Positions 14,601-27,570 of a stretch of DNA of 64,000 nt are shown here, piece after piece; positions within the stretch are counted from its first letter, which is position 1, and each line of letters opens with the position of its first letter. The translations under genes were made by a program, and so were the position numbers. The notes below the pieces were generated by a model that worked only from the letters and a program-made list of their open reading frames with translations, was not told the origin of the DNA and did not search any database. This DNA comes from Oopsacas minuta (taxonomy: Eukaryota; Animalia; Porifera): positions 667,690-731,689 of the forward strand of contig JAKMXF010000354.1 of the NCBI GenBank assembly GCA_024704765.1, given 5' to 3'.

Positions 14601-16429
14601 ATTAAGAAAAAATCGAATAACTTATTGTCTCAATGTTGTAACCATTTATGTAATGGTATTCCAAATATCTGGTTAGTAAGCTCCACATGTAAAATGGTAT
14701 ACATATATATGATTATTCCTTTATTTGGTCAATAATTATTTGTCCTATCTATATCAAAAAATATTCATAATCTAGTTTGTCCGTAGTTCTAAACATATTC
14801 ACAACTATATCATTTCATATTGATATTTCATAGGATGTATATATGATAAATATTGTTAATTAACAAATTTGACTGCAGAGCTATTAAATAGGACTTTGAA
14901 TGAGGATTCTGTCCAAATTAGAAGATATTGAAATTATGTATATTATGGAAATGTTCAACTTATCAACATGATGATATGCACTAGAATTTCCATTTATTGT
15001 TATCAGAATGCCTAATTTCAGTAAGTCTTTGGGACGGCAATCAACATATAGTTCTTCTCAGCTGTAATTAAATAGCCACGTTCTTGAATATAGATGACGT
15101 AGAATCAATGTATACTTGTATAGTTTATCATGAGACAATAAATCCATTTACCTAATTAATTCTGAATGGGTTTAGGAATTTTATCGAGTAATGATATATA
15201 TATTTAGATGAGAGAGCAGTATAATATATAAGTGATGTTGTATGGGGTAATTTTAATTATATCAATTAAATAGACAACTTTTGCGGGTCTTGAATAGACT
15301 ATTCATACCCACAAACACAGTACGCAGTACAGGAAATAGCATTACCTCGCAATAGATAGAGAAGAAGACCTTTGTGGAGAGAAAGGTAGAATAGTTAAAT
15401 TCCTGGGTTTGAGATACTTCCTCCAGATATCATCGAATACATGTGACTCTAGGTTGGCTATAGCTGGCATATCAATTAAGTCATTTGTGTCGAAGAAGTC
15501 CTTCTGCTCAGCTTGCATTATTGTCTCTAATAGGAATACTAATTGCTGTATTATCTCTACTGTATATTTATTGATGTCTCCTTGATTGTGAATTTTGTTC
15601 ATCCTGTCTTTGAATAACTAAATTTTATCGGAAGAATAAATTCAACTTTAGAGAGCAAATTAATATTTTGTATTAAAACACAGCTTCTGATAAAAATGTG
15701 TATTGTGAAGATTACTTATAATTGTGTTCGAGTTGTCCACTCACACGCAATATAATTATTTTGTAGAAATAGGATAATGTAACCACGAGAGTAATCATAA
15801 GATGTGATGTAGAATAAATGGATCGTAAATATAATAAAGTTCTAAATGGGCGTGATATACCTAAATGATGCATTTGAATAGATTTGAACAAAAGATGTAG
15901 TAAATCCAACTCCAATGAAACTTGATGGGTAAGAAATTATTCTTTATTCAAAGAAACAATAACATTAAAATATTTGATTGGCTGCATAAATAAAGGTTTT
16001 AAGATGGTGTTATTGATTAAATAAATAATATATTTCTTCTAGATATAATCATAACATAGTTATATTGGACTAGCTTACCCTGTGTTCGAAATTGACATTC
16101 TTAAGAAGCTGTAGAATAAGGTCTTGTTGCAGACTGGTTAGAATATTTGATAGTCCGTTCATTTGATTACAGAGATCGTTGACTTTCTTCACAATCTTTT
16201 CTTTATCTCTCTCTTCACGTAAATCTTCCAATATTGAACGAGCTTGTTGTACAAATTTGTTGTCAAAATAATCTATGAGATCACTGCAGAGATTGAAGCT
16301 GTTGGAATGTTGCTTCCTGGCATCAGGGCTCAGGAGATTCGGACTCATTGGAGGAGAGCATGGAGTCGTAGGCTCGCCGACACAATCAGTTATTTCAATC
16401 ATTAATGGCGAATTTGGCGAATTTGACAT
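8630..16429 (-). CDS. Multi-exon Ras-family guanine nucleotide exchange factor (PX-like + REM + CDC25 domains)
   Basis: Manually read minus-strand exons give REM (DAATLDILIEELT; DPNFIQQFVLGHRHF; ILRVVIIWLETFYPDF) and CDC25 (IAQQ..LSLIQMDLFKKI; PNLDAFITRSNQ; STWIMSEVL; LKNYNTMMAILAGL; NFKNYR; PCVPFF; LYMKDFTHL; GLINFSKIR). Stop at 8630-8632; first exon ATG at 16429. The full exon chain between 14500 and 16070 is not resolved. Confidence 0.85.
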
Positions 16430-17566
16430 ACTATAGAACAGGTTTCGAATAAATTAGAAGATATATAGTATATAATGGAAAATCAAGTTGGCTGATCTAA
16501 TAATTTGAATCCAAAGAAGCATCAGAAAATAATTATAGCCAGTAATTTATTGAATTTCGTGGTGATACAATGTCATTAGCTCGAAAATATTCGATAATTT
16601 TCATGGGTAATTTACTAATTATTTGTAAACTGTTTTGACTTAGCATGCAAATGATAATATCGAGAAAAGTGTTTATATCTTACACAATAGGTTCTAATTG
16701 AAATAATGAATTTAATGAAGAATTAGTAAATATTATAACCAGATCAACAAACCTGTATTTCTTTGCAAAACACGAAATAAGAATATGTATTAAATTATTG
16801 ATGTAAATCTAAGACAATAATATTCAGGACAACTCGTATATATAAATTATATCATAATATCTATTACACAATGCTTTTATAACATATGCTCGTCGTACAA
16901 ATTACTACTAAGGATTAATGTAACTTTGTACATATGATAAAGATTAATTTCTGACCAGTTTCAATTACAGTTCATTACAGTCATTGGTATTAATTATTAC
17001 CACTATAAGTTGATGGTATATATTTCAAACTTCCTTTACTCTCTGTACCGCAGTTGTAATATCTAATTTATTTCTGGGAAACCTAATATGATGGAGAAAT
17101 TTTTATTAACTTATCGAGCATCAAGAATATGGACTTAGGGAATATTAGAAGGGCGGAATGCTTACAGTGTTTATTCTTCGGGAAAATTCTAGGATATTTT
17201 TCACCAATACAAAATTCAAAAGATGAAGTAATCCCTAATAAACAAAGATTTAATTAATTTGTAAGATTAAAATGCAAATCATAAACCTTTGTATTTGATA
17301 ATCAGACAGATACAGTAGTGTATTTCAGGGTCGTAGGAAACTTTTAGAATGTGGAGAGCTCCTACTTGCCAACCATCCAGGGATACCTGGATTATCGCGA
17401 GATTTGACTTATGCATAAGCCAGGGGAAATATTCGATATTCCGAGCTCTTTTCTCATAAAAGAGGGAAAAATCGTATTATTTGCATAGACAATTTGAAAT
17501 CCAGGGATTCTGAGATGATATCAAGGGAAACAGTTACAAGGGTGGATAAACCACTAAAATAAAATA

Positions 17567-17750
17567 CAATGGAACCTCGTTAATATGAACATCAACGGAC
17601 GGTCAACCTTTGTTCGCATTAACCGGAGTAAAATCAATAGAATAACCATTGTATATTGTAGGGCCCTGACTTTTGTAAATATTGGTTCGTCTTATCCGGA
17701 AATTCGCATTAACCGTGTTCGTATTCATCAGGTTCTATGTGAACGATTTG
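17567..17750. mobile_element. Degenerate Tc1/pogo(Tigger)-like MITE
   Basis: Imperfect terminal inverted repeat acaatggaacctcgttaatatgaac ... gttcgtattcatcaggttctatgt. Confidence 0.4.
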
Positions 17751-17798
17751 GTTCATTTATGGTGTGTTATCACTCAATTATTATTATTAGTTTGACAG

Positions 17799-18698
17799 AT
17801 GTCAGATTACACTCCAGTCACCAAACAGCTGCTATTCTCTCGTGTAAATCTAATCCATGCATTCTCGGGTGCTACTGGTAGTGTAGTTGCTATGACTATA
17901 TTCTATCCGTTAGAAATAATACGTACACGTCTACAAGTAGATGATAGGAAGGATCTAATACATTTGGCTACTCTAGCTGCTGAGATTATTAGAGACGAGG
18001 GGTGGAGTTGTTTCTACGAGGGTATACGTCCACTCTTAATCAGTCTATACTGTTCTAACTTTATATATTTCTATACTTACACTGGACTTAAGCTGCTGGT
18101 TAGCAGAAAGGGTTTATCACATAGTGCTCCTATTGATCTCCTACTTGCTGCTATTTCTGGTAGTGTAAATGTGATTATTACCACACCTCTCTGGGTAGCA
18201 ACCACACGCATTAAGCTACAGAATGCTAGAATACGAACAGAGGAAGGAGCAGTACAAACTCATATGGAAAGATATTCTGGACTAACTGATGGAATAGTTA
18301 AGATAGCAAGGGAAGAGGGATTATACCAGCTATGGAGTAGTGTATTTTCCTCTCTCATCCTAGTCTCTAATCCCGCTATACAATATATGGTATATGAAAT
18401 GGCTAAACGAAGATTAAAACAAACAAATTCTTCTCTATCTGTGTTCCTAATGGGTGCATTTGCTAAACTAATCTCGACTATCCTCACCTACCCTATACAA
18501 GTAGGACAGGCACGACAAAGAGCAAGTTCTCGTAGAGTGGGATTGATAGTTTGTCTGATAGAATTAGTTCAAAGTAGAGGTGTATTAGGGTTGTACAGAG
18601 GTCTGGAAACTAAGCTATTACAAACTGTACTTACTAGTGCTTTCATGTTTGTTGTATATGAAAAGATTCTATTGTTGTTGATGAAAAGGAAGCTATGA
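17799..18698 (+). CDS. SLC25A17: Peroxisomal carrier PMP34 (mitochondrial carrier family)
   Basis: Three Px[DE]xx[KR]-type carrier motifs (YPLEIIRTRLQV, TPLWVATTRIKL, YPIQVGQAR), NPAIQYMVYE and GLYRGLETKLLQTVLT; intronless. Confidence 0.9.
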   Translation: MSDYTPVTKQLLFSRVNLIHAFSGATGSVVAMTIFYPLEIIRTRLQVDDRKDLIHLATLAAEIIRDEGWSCFYEGIRPLLISLYCSNFIYFYTYTGLKLLVSRKGLSHSAPIDLLLAAISGSVNVIITTPLWVATTRIKLQNARIRTEEGAVQTHMERYSGLTDGIVKIAREEGLYQLWSSVFSSLILVSNPAIQYMVYEMAKRRLKQTNSSLSVFLMGAFAKLISTILTYPIQVGQARQRASSRRVGLIVCLIELVQSRGVLGLYRGLETKLLQTVLTSAFMFVVYEKILLLLMKRKL

Positions 18699-19189
18699 CT
18701 TATGATTATAATTTTGATATTTTCCGATTAATAAATAATTCATCGATTAGGTTTTAAAATTTGATTTATTTTTATTTTTGTCATTATACTTTCTTCTAAA
18801 CGAGAGTTTCAACTGGGCCCAGAGTTAGCTCTCCAGTTAGATCATCTGAATTCAAGATTTCATTATTTTACGGAATGTTCCTATTTTGGGTAGCATCATT
18901 CTTTATGCGTTCACGTAGGTGGTAGAGATGTACACAGTGCGGTGTATTGTATGCATGTCTATCTGCTGTGCATTATATTATGTAACTAATTGGTATTAAC
19001 TGGAATGATTAAGTCATGCACTAATGACACACACTTGGATTCTTCACTTTACGTGATTGTTTATATTCCAAAGTTTTCATTATTCTACTTTCCTGATAAC
19101 TTACAATTTGGTGATCTTTTTGATTATATCTACCAGGTATATAGAATTCTCAAGAATTTAGTATTGACAACTTTCTAACATTATTTGCA

Positions 19190-19660
19190 CGGGTGGATTA
19201 TGGCATAGGCCAAGTAGGCCATGGCCTAGGGCCTAGCTCATTTGGGGGGCCCCGCGCATAATTAGATTTCCTGCAAAATTATTTAAACGAGGCTTGATAT
19301 TTTTGGAGAGAGACTCAATTTCGTGTCAAGCAAGAATGTTATATTTATATTGGGCCAATATCGGATTTCTGTGGCAGACTTCACGTTAAGGAATCTAGGT
19401 GTGGTAGTAATGTATAATTTATGGGTGAGGCATTGAATCGGATTTGACGACAAACATCGACTTTCAAGATATCATTGATGACTTCGCAAAAATGAAATCA
19501 AGAAAAAGGTTAATTTGATGGGGTCACTTATTATGAACCAAGTCACTGGTCCAATAAAATCATTTCCCATTGGATTTGTATTAAAAGGAGTTCTTATAAT
19601 GTGAATCTCTTTATTTTGAAGATTTTTGGTCCCGCGGGGGGTCAGAATAAGCAACCCTGA
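19190..19660. mobile_element. Possible decayed DNA-transposon remnant
   Basis: GC-rich patches (ggcataggccaagtaggccatggcctagggcc; ggtcccgcgggggg) in otherwise AT-rich intergenic DNA; no clear TIR or TSD resolved. Confidence 0.2.
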
Positions 19661-19708
19661 CTGTATATCTAACTACCATATCTTTCTAATTATAGCTATA
19701 CTGAATCA

Positions 19709-22506
19709 ATGAGCCAAGGTGATAGAAACAAACAGAATAGAAACAGCAAAGAAATGTCAAGCAGAATTCGTATCAAAGCATTCCCAATGAACCTGGATGA
19801 AAATTACATGCAGAACATATGGGGTGTGTTAGAGAATGCTATCCTAGAGATACAGAAGAAGAATAACAGTGGTCTTAGCTTTGAAGAGCTCTATAGAAAC
19901 GCCTATACACTGGTACTCCATAAGCAAGGTGAGAAACTATATAACGGAATGAAAGAGGTAGTCAATAATCATCTTGTGAGTAAAGTAAGACAAGATATAC
20001 TCGCCTCTCTTCATAATAACTTCATACACGCGGTTAATATCGCCTGGATAGACCATCAATTCAGCATGATAATGATACGTGATATCCTCATGTACATGGA
20101 CAGAGTATATGTCAAACAGAACAATCTCACCAATGTGTATGATCAGGGACTGATATTGTTCAGGTAAGTAATATTTTTTTATTATTTGACTAAATATTGA
20201 CTTAATTTTCCCTACAGAGACTTTGTGTTAAATCATAATCAGATAAAAGACCATCTAACCTCTCTTCTACTGGAGATGGTACGGAAGGAGCGTAACGGAG
20301 AAGTGATAGAGCGTACTCTCATCAAGAATATGTGTCAAATGCTTGTACTGCTGGGTATTAATAACAGAGAAGTATATATTCATAATTTTGAGAAACAGTT
20401 CTTAGAAGAGTCAGCTGAGTTCTATAGACTAGAGAGTCAGAAGTTTCTCGCTGAAAACAGTGCTTCTGTATTCATAAACAGGGTAACACATTATTTCCTC
20501 AATCAGTCCTGATTACTAATTATGTGTTAATTATCTCACTTATTTAGGTTGAGTCGCGTCTAAATGAAGAGCGTATGCGAGCTCAGCACTACCTAGATGT
20601 ATCAACAGAGCCTCAAATAGTGTCAGTAGTGGAGAAGGAATTAATCTCCAAACACATGCATACAGTTGTAGAGATGGAGAACTCTGGAGTTGTACATATG
20701 CTGAAGAACGAGCGGCTAGAAGATCTGGAGTGTATGTATAAGTTGTTTGGACGTGTTCCTGATGGTTTACAGACTATAAAAGTTGCCATGAGTAGACATC
20801 TCAGAGAAATTGGCAGAGCTCTAGTGACCAATCCTGAGATATCAAAGAATCCATTAGAGTACATCAGGAACCTTTTGGGGCTAAAAGGACAGTATGACAT
20901 ATTCCTGAAGAATTCATTCTCATCAGATCCTCTATTCAAACACGCTATTCACTCAGATTTTGAATATTTTGTGAATCTGAGTGACAGATCTCCTGAGTAT
21001 TTGTCTCTATACATAGATGATTGTCTTAAGAACAGTGCTAAGTTAATGTCAGAGCAGGAGATAGAGCAGGAGCTTGATCAGATTATTATCATATTCAGAT
21101 TCTTACAAGTAATATTACAGTAGATACCGGTTATGAGAACACACCTGGGGATAGCAATACACGTGCTTATACCTATCCGGTGTTCTTATAACCGGCATCC
21201 ACTGTATAATTTCAAAAGATTGTACTAGCTTTATTTGATATTATTTTGTTAGGAAAAAGATGTATTCGAGCGCTACTACAAACAGCATCTAGCTAAACGT
21301 CTGCTTCTGAATAAGAACACATCTGATGACGCTGAGAAGAGTCTCATTAGTAAATTCAAGAATGAATGTGGTGCACAATTCACAGTCAAACTAGAAGGCA
21401 TGTTCAAAGACATTTCTTTATCCACATCAACCATGGATAAGTTCAAAGAATGGCTACAGAGACCAGATATGTCAAGAGAGACCATGGATGTAGATCTCAC
21501 TGTCCGTGTTCTCACGACTGGCTATTGGCCTACTCAGAGCCCTCCTGGCTGCTGTAACATTCCTGCCGCGGGTAGATTAGCATACGACACATTCTCTAGA
21601 TATTATCTGGGTAGTCATACAGGAAGGAGACTGACACTCCAAGCTAATCTGGGATTTGCTGACCTAAATGCTACGTTCTATGCTCCGAGGAAGGATAATC
21701 TTGACAGCTTTATTGAGAAGAAGCATGTCCTTCAGGTATTTAATATCAAACATGTATACGTATATATAAATACAGCCAACTTCCGTTGTATCAAACACGG
21801 ATATATCGTAATACTCGCTTATATCTAAGGCTAAAATTGTGCAGATATGGTCCCAGACAGTCAAAGTAATATATATTCCATCTGTTATATCGAAGTAATT
21901 TTAGCTGTCCCTTGAGCTTCGATATAACGCGAGAGTTAACTGTAAATTATTTTTAAATATTATATTATTGTACATTGATAGGTTTCAACTCATCAAATGT
22001 GTGTACTGTATCTGTTTAACAACTATTCAATGCTGACTAGCGAGCAGATACAACAGGAGACTAATATACCTCTCAAGGAATTACACAGAGCTCTACAGTC
22101 TCTTGCATGTGGTAAAACTTCTCAAAGGATTCTAATGAAAGAACCCAAATCTCGAGAGATATGTGGATCAGATGAATTCGTGGTTAATGACACTTTCCAA
22201 TCTAAGCTATTTAGAGTCAAGGTACAGGCTGTGGCTGTGAAGGGAGATACAGAGCCTGAGAGAAAGGAGACCAGACAGAAAGTCGATGACGACAGAAAAC
22301 ACGAAATAGAAGCAGCACTTGTGCGGACAATGAAAGCTAGAAAAAAGCTGAATCATTCTCAACTTATCACTGAGTGCATAACACAACTCAAAGCTCGTTT
22401 CTCTCCTAGTCCTCTCATCATAAAGAAGCGGATTGAGAGTCTCATTGAGCGTGACTATCTCGCCCGCGCTCCAGACGACCGTAAGATATACATATATCTC
22501 GCTTAA
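19709..22506 (+). CDS. CUL3: Cullin-3
   Basis: [83 protein letters not shown]. In-frame exons 19709-20163, 20218-20482, 20548-21108, 21253-21735, 21982-22506. Confidence 0.95.
21118..21204. mobile_element. 87-bp MITE in CUL3 intron 3
   Basis: 25-bp TIR (cagtagataccggttatgagaacac vs cagtggatgccggttataagaacac, 3 mismatches) flanked by TA on both sides. A related fragment lies near 25942-25970. Confidence 0.75.
21773..21942. mobile_element. About 170-bp Tigger/pogo-like MITE in CUL3 intron 4
   Basis: Imperfect TIR cagccaacttccgttgtatc ... gatataacgcgagagttaactg with TA flanks. Its right end closely matches the element end at 25798 (cagtcaactcctattatatcgaagctcaatggac). Confidence 0.6.
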
Positions 22507-22972
22507 ACAGAGATTTCTATTAAAGTAATGATCTAATGCATTTTCACCAGCTCAATGGAGTGAATGGGAATATATTGATGAAGTTAAAGTATGTAAGAAG
22601 AGTTAAGCTGATATTTCGTGCAGTGCTACTTAATAATATCTGTATTCTTCTTTATTCAAGTTATTCTATAGTGTAATGATTCTAAAAGATTCGTGGTATG
22701 AACTTAATCCTTGTGTGCCGTCTCATTTCCCACATTATATTACTTAAAGATACCTTATTCAATTATATGTTTGTAAGTGAACCTGGCCGACCTGACTGCG
22801 AAGATATTAATACGAGTCGTTGTGGAGAGCCGTACCCACGATTCCACTGTCACACATATGTAGGACGAATCGTTTAATTGTAAATTCTAATTTGAAATAC
22901 TACAAGTACGAACATGCATTTCTGATTTAATTCTACTTCTAAATATTCTTATATTATTGCTAGCAAATTATT

Positions 22973-23314
22973 ATGCCTGCTCCTCCTAATTTAATTTCTC
23001 GAAGACGGAAGTCTGCTCGTGCTGGTCTTATTTTCCCAGTACCTAGAATAGGGAAAAACTTCAAGAATTGTACTGTAAAATTGAGGCCTAGAGTAAAGGC
23101 TATGGTATATCTAACTGCAGTGTTAGAGTATCTTGTAGCAGAGCTGCTTGACGCAGCCGGTCAAGTAACTAAACAGCTAAAGAGGTCAATGATAACACCG
23201 AGTTTTATCGCGTTAGCTATATTCCTAGATGCTGATTATCATAAATTGCTAAGAGGGGTAATAATACCATCAGTTTCTAACCCGTGCGCTTACAGTAGTA
23301 GCAGAAGAAGCTAA
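22973..23314 (+). CDS. Highly divergent short histone H2A variant
   Basis: SARAGLIFPV, VYLTAVLEYLVAELLDAAG, ITP..I.LAI, KLLRGVII align to the H2A histone fold; 113 aa, single exon. Confidence 0.8.
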   Translation: MPAPPNLISRRRKSARAGLIFPVPRIGKNFKNCTVKLRPRVKAMVYLTAVLEYLVAELLDAAGQVTKQLKRSMITPSFIALAIFLDADYHKLLRGVIIPSVSNPCAYSSSRRS

Positions 23315-23468
23315 GTGTATCTCTTTTGAAAGATTATTAAGTATTATGTCGATTAAATCACTCAAGAAATACATTTCATTAGTTGTTAGTCATGCTTTAA
23401 GTCAGAATAATTAACGAAAATTAATATCTATAACTTTACATGTTAACTACATCCTATTGTTAATTAGC

Positions 23469-25580
23469 ATGGATCTAAGAGATGTTCTCTCCGGACGTAT
23501 TCTAGATCAGATAATAGGAAAGGTAGATGTGGCGAAGGGTGAGTACACAGTATTGGTACTAGACAAGGCTGCTACTAAGATAGTATCGAGTGCTTGTAAG
23601 ATGCAGGATGTGTTAGCAAGGGGAGTTACACTAGTAGAGAGTTTAGAAAAGATGAGAGCTCCGATGAAGCTAGATGCTATCTATATAATGGAACCGACTC
23701 TGGAGAGTGTAAATAAGTTCCTTCCAGATTGGGATGGGAGTGGACAAGTAAAGGAACCCTTATACAAATGCGCTCATGTTTTTTTCACAGAGTCTTGTCC
23801 AGATGAACTTTTCAAGAAGTTTGGTGATCCAAGAATTAGGAGATACTTGAAAGCCTTGAAGGAAGCAGATATTTGTTTCTTAGCTAATGAGAGTAGAGTA
23901 TTCACTTTTAATTATCCTAACGCTTTCCTAGACTTCTACAAGACAGATCATGGTGCGAAAGGGCCTCTATTCACAAAGGTATGCGACATCTGAGAATTGA
24001 GAAATTCAAATCAATACAACATTCCATAAATCATTTCCTTACCAACGGACAAACAAACAGACAAAAATGGCATTTAATAATATAGATATATTCTCTATTT
24101 TATAGCTAGCCAGTCAACTAGCCAGTCTCTGCTATGCTCTGGAAGAGTACCCAACAATTCGTTACAGACAAGGACTAACTAGGATAAAAGACTTTGCAGA
24201 TATCGTACAGAATAAACTGGATGGGTTTAAAGATGAAAATCCAAATCTAGGGACCATTGGAAGGAAAAGTAAGAGTCAGCTGATAATCCTGGACCGGGGA
24301 TTTGATCCTGTAACTCCTATACTACACCATCTGACGATACAAGCAATGGTGTATGACCTTATGAAGATAGAAAACGACCAGTATTCGTACAAGTTCAAGA
24401 ATCAGCTGGGATTAGAAAATGAGAAAAAGGTAGTTTAAAAATTAATTTTATAAAATAGATTATAGGTACAACAATTTATAGGCACAACTAGATGAGAGCG
24501 ATAACAGCTGGAGCTCAATGAGACATCAACACTTAGCCGAAGCTACAAAGAAAGTCAGCAGTTTAGTAAAAGACTTCCTTGCGGAGAAGAAAATGAGTAA
24601 AGTAGAGGGTGATGTCAGTCTTAAGAGTCTCCATGCACTCATGCAACAGCTACCTCAATACAGACGTCAATTGAACCAATTCATGCTACAGTTTAATATC
24701 GTAGAAGAAGCATTGAGATTGTATGAAGCGAACAAGTATGATACAATTTGTAGATTAGAACAGACTCTAGCTACAGGAGAAGATGAGAACCAAGAACAAG
24801 TACTTGATGGAATGAAACTGATTATCCCAGCTCTTCTGGATGATAAATCTTCCTCAGAAAATAAAGCTAGGATAGTAGCTCTGTATCTGCTTATGAGTAA
24901 GGGTGGAGTTACTCCTGATACTTTTGCTAGGTATTTATTATAGTTATGATCTCTAGTATACATGCAAGTGTTATTCAGTGTATTTGTATAGATTAATGCA
25001 GCACTCGAATATAATAGGCAACATGCGAACCACACTGCTTAATCTACAATATCTTGGAGTTAATGTTATCAAAGATAAAGGCAATGCATCTCCTAACGTT
25101 CTGAAGAGAATACCTAGAGACCCGTCCAAGTACTATCCACAATCCAGATGGGTTCCAATCCTCCAAGATATACTCGAGTACACCATGGATGAGAAACTGG
25201 ATTATTCCTACTGTGCTGGTACCAGAGGTCCTGTGGCTAGTGATGGTAAAGCTAGTGGAGAGGCGGCACATAAAGGTTCCGATTTGGATGCGAAGAGTAA
25301 GAGAGGGTGGGTGTGGCAGAGAGGTACTGGGGTTCCCGGGGGGCCAAAAGGGTCTTCTGGTAGTCAAGGCGCTATCGGAGGGAGAGCTACTATAATCGTG
25401 TTTATAATGGGAGGCGTAACGTATGCAGAACTGAGGTTAGTGTACGAGTTGATGAGTACAAAAATAGATGAGAACAGAAAGTATGCTGACAATTATAGCA
25501 TTGTTATTGGTAGTACAGATTTAGTAACTCCTACCAAGTTCTTTAATTTGGTTGAAAAGCTACCTCCTATAGTAGCATAG
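23469..25580 (+). CDS. STXBP1: Syntaxin-binding protein (Sec1/Munc18 family)
   Basis: VLVLDK..TKIVSSACKMQDVLARGVTLVE, SQLIILDRGFDPVTPILHHLT, LCRLEQTLATGED-like, SRWVPILQDILE, IVFIMGGVTYAELR, IVIGST. Exons 23469-23978, 24106-24429, 24482-24930, 24992-25580. Paralogue assignment (STXBP1/2/3) uncertain. Confidence 0.88.
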
Positions 25581-25797
25581 CTGAGACAGTTATATTAACT
25601 TTTATTTCCCGGGATTATTGTGTGAATATAATTATGCTTTATTATACGTATATCCTGTCAGTTGTATCCTTGTATTAGAAAGGTACTACGTATATTAATA
25701 GATGGTATCAATCAATTATATCAAAATTGTAGATGTTGAATCTGAGTCAGAACATGTGGTATATAGTTTGTAATGCCAATTTCGCATTCCTCGAATA

Positions 25798-25850
25798 CAG
25801 TCAACTCCTATTATATCGAAGCTCAATGGACCGCGATAATTACTTCGATT
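25798..25850 (+). mobile_element. MITE terminal fragment (same family as 21773-21942)
   Basis: ta-cagtcaactcctattatatcgaagctcaatggacc matches the reverse complement of the CUL3 intron-4 element end. Confidence 0.45.
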
Positions 25851-26011
25851 TCACCGCTCATCAGTGAAATGTATGTTACTTTGGCGGTTTGGGACCATAT
25901 TTGTACAATTTAAGACTTCAATATAAACGGCTATTTCGATATATCCGGTTTCTTATAACCAGCATCCATTCTAATTTGATTAATTATAGTATCTATAAGA
26001 GACATAGTAAA

Positions 26012-27411
26012 ATGGCATCTTTGGGTGTCCCACATACATCTGTTGGTCATTTGGGGACAATTTCAAGTTACACAAGTAGATCTAAGGTAGTACGTAAACC
26101 TGGATACAGCCTCCTTAACTGGATAAAGTTAGGGAAATCTGCTACAGACCTAACGGGTACAGGCGGTAAGATGATACAGGTTACGTCACAAGAACTTAGG
26201 AAGCATCGGAAGTTAGAAGACTGCTGGACATGTATAAAGGGGAGGATATATAACCTCAGTCATTATTTGAATTATCATCCAGGAGGGGTATCTGAGATCA
26301 TGAGGGCAGCTGGAATTGATGGGACATCCTTGTTTATTGAAGTACACAGCTGGGTAAGTTTCTTAATAATTGGAATATGTGTATGAATCTTTATTGTATC
26401 AGTATAGGTTAATGAGATCAAAATGTTAGAAAAATGTGTCGTGGGACATCTTATAGCTTCTCCTCAATTCTTGGTGCCTTCTGCTCCTTCAGTGGCTAAT
26501 TCTGCAACAAACTCAAATTCATTGTCTCCCTCTATGCAGAGAAAAGCCGCACTAATTGATAATATCAACGGTAGTAAATTCACGATTTTCAATGCTAATC
26601 TTTATACTGTATTAATTCTGTTATAGATCCATGCTGGAAGGAAGCGACTCTCCATTCAGTAGTGTCACTTACAAAAGACACTCGTCTTTTCACACTCCAA
26701 CTACCCAAAGGTGTATCTATGCATGTACCAATTGGATACCATATCCATCTCAAAGCTCATCTCCCTTCCTCACAGCAACTACTCCGTAGCTATACACCTG
26801 TAGACCACGTCACAGGAGAATCACTCCTAAATGACAAATCTCTTATCTCGCTTATAATCAAGATATATCCCAATGGTCCTATGAGCTCTTTCCTTGACAA
26901 ATGTCCTACAGGTAATTCATTTAATATTATTCGTTAGAATTAATTTCAGTTTAACTGTATGCAAGGTACAAAGGTTAACCTCAGCAGACCGGAAGGAACC
27001 TTCGACTTTTCAGATCTCAAAGATACGAAATATATTTTGATTCTCGCAACAGGAACAGGAATAACTCCAATGACACGTATTATAAGACTAGGTATGGAAT
27101 CAGCTGATAAACAGCTGATACATCTTGTATACGGAAATAAGACACCTGATTCAGCAATATGGTTGGAGGAGTTTAACCAACTCTCTAGTTTACTGCCAGA
27201 TAGATTTAAGCTGACAAATGTGTTTTCGCAAGGAGTAGAGGTTAATATGATTAATTTAAAGCTGATTCAGGATATTCTCTCTCAATATCCTGACCCAACT
27301 TCTGGTGATATATATTTTTGTGTTTGTGGACAGACAGACTTTTTAATAACAGTTTCTCAGGATTTGTTAAGTCTCAATGTTCCTTCTGACTCTATTTATA
27401 CTTTCTGGTGA
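26012..27411 (+). CDS. CYB5R4: Cytochrome b5 reductase 4 (NCB5OR): cytochrome b5 + FAD/NAD-binding reductase
   Basis: KPGYSLLNWIKL, heme motif YLNYHPGG, LRSYTPV, IKIYPNGPMS, ATGTGITPM, CVCGQ. Exons 26012-26353, 26408-26570, 26627-26911, 26966-27411. Confidence 0.9.
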
Positions 27412-27570
27412 GATTATGTTCATGTTGTATAGATCATTACATCATTTGTTTATTTGTCAAATTAACTACCAAGATAATGAGAATAAAATAATGTTAATTG
27501 AGATAAATACGGAAAAATAAGAAATATTATGGAGAGTTTTCGTAAAAATGGATAAATATTTTCGGTAAAA

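Noticed and set aside
25889-26011. N-terminal extension of the CYB5R4 ORF from a TTG start
   Set aside because: Overlaps MITE-like remnants; homology begins at the ATG at 26012.
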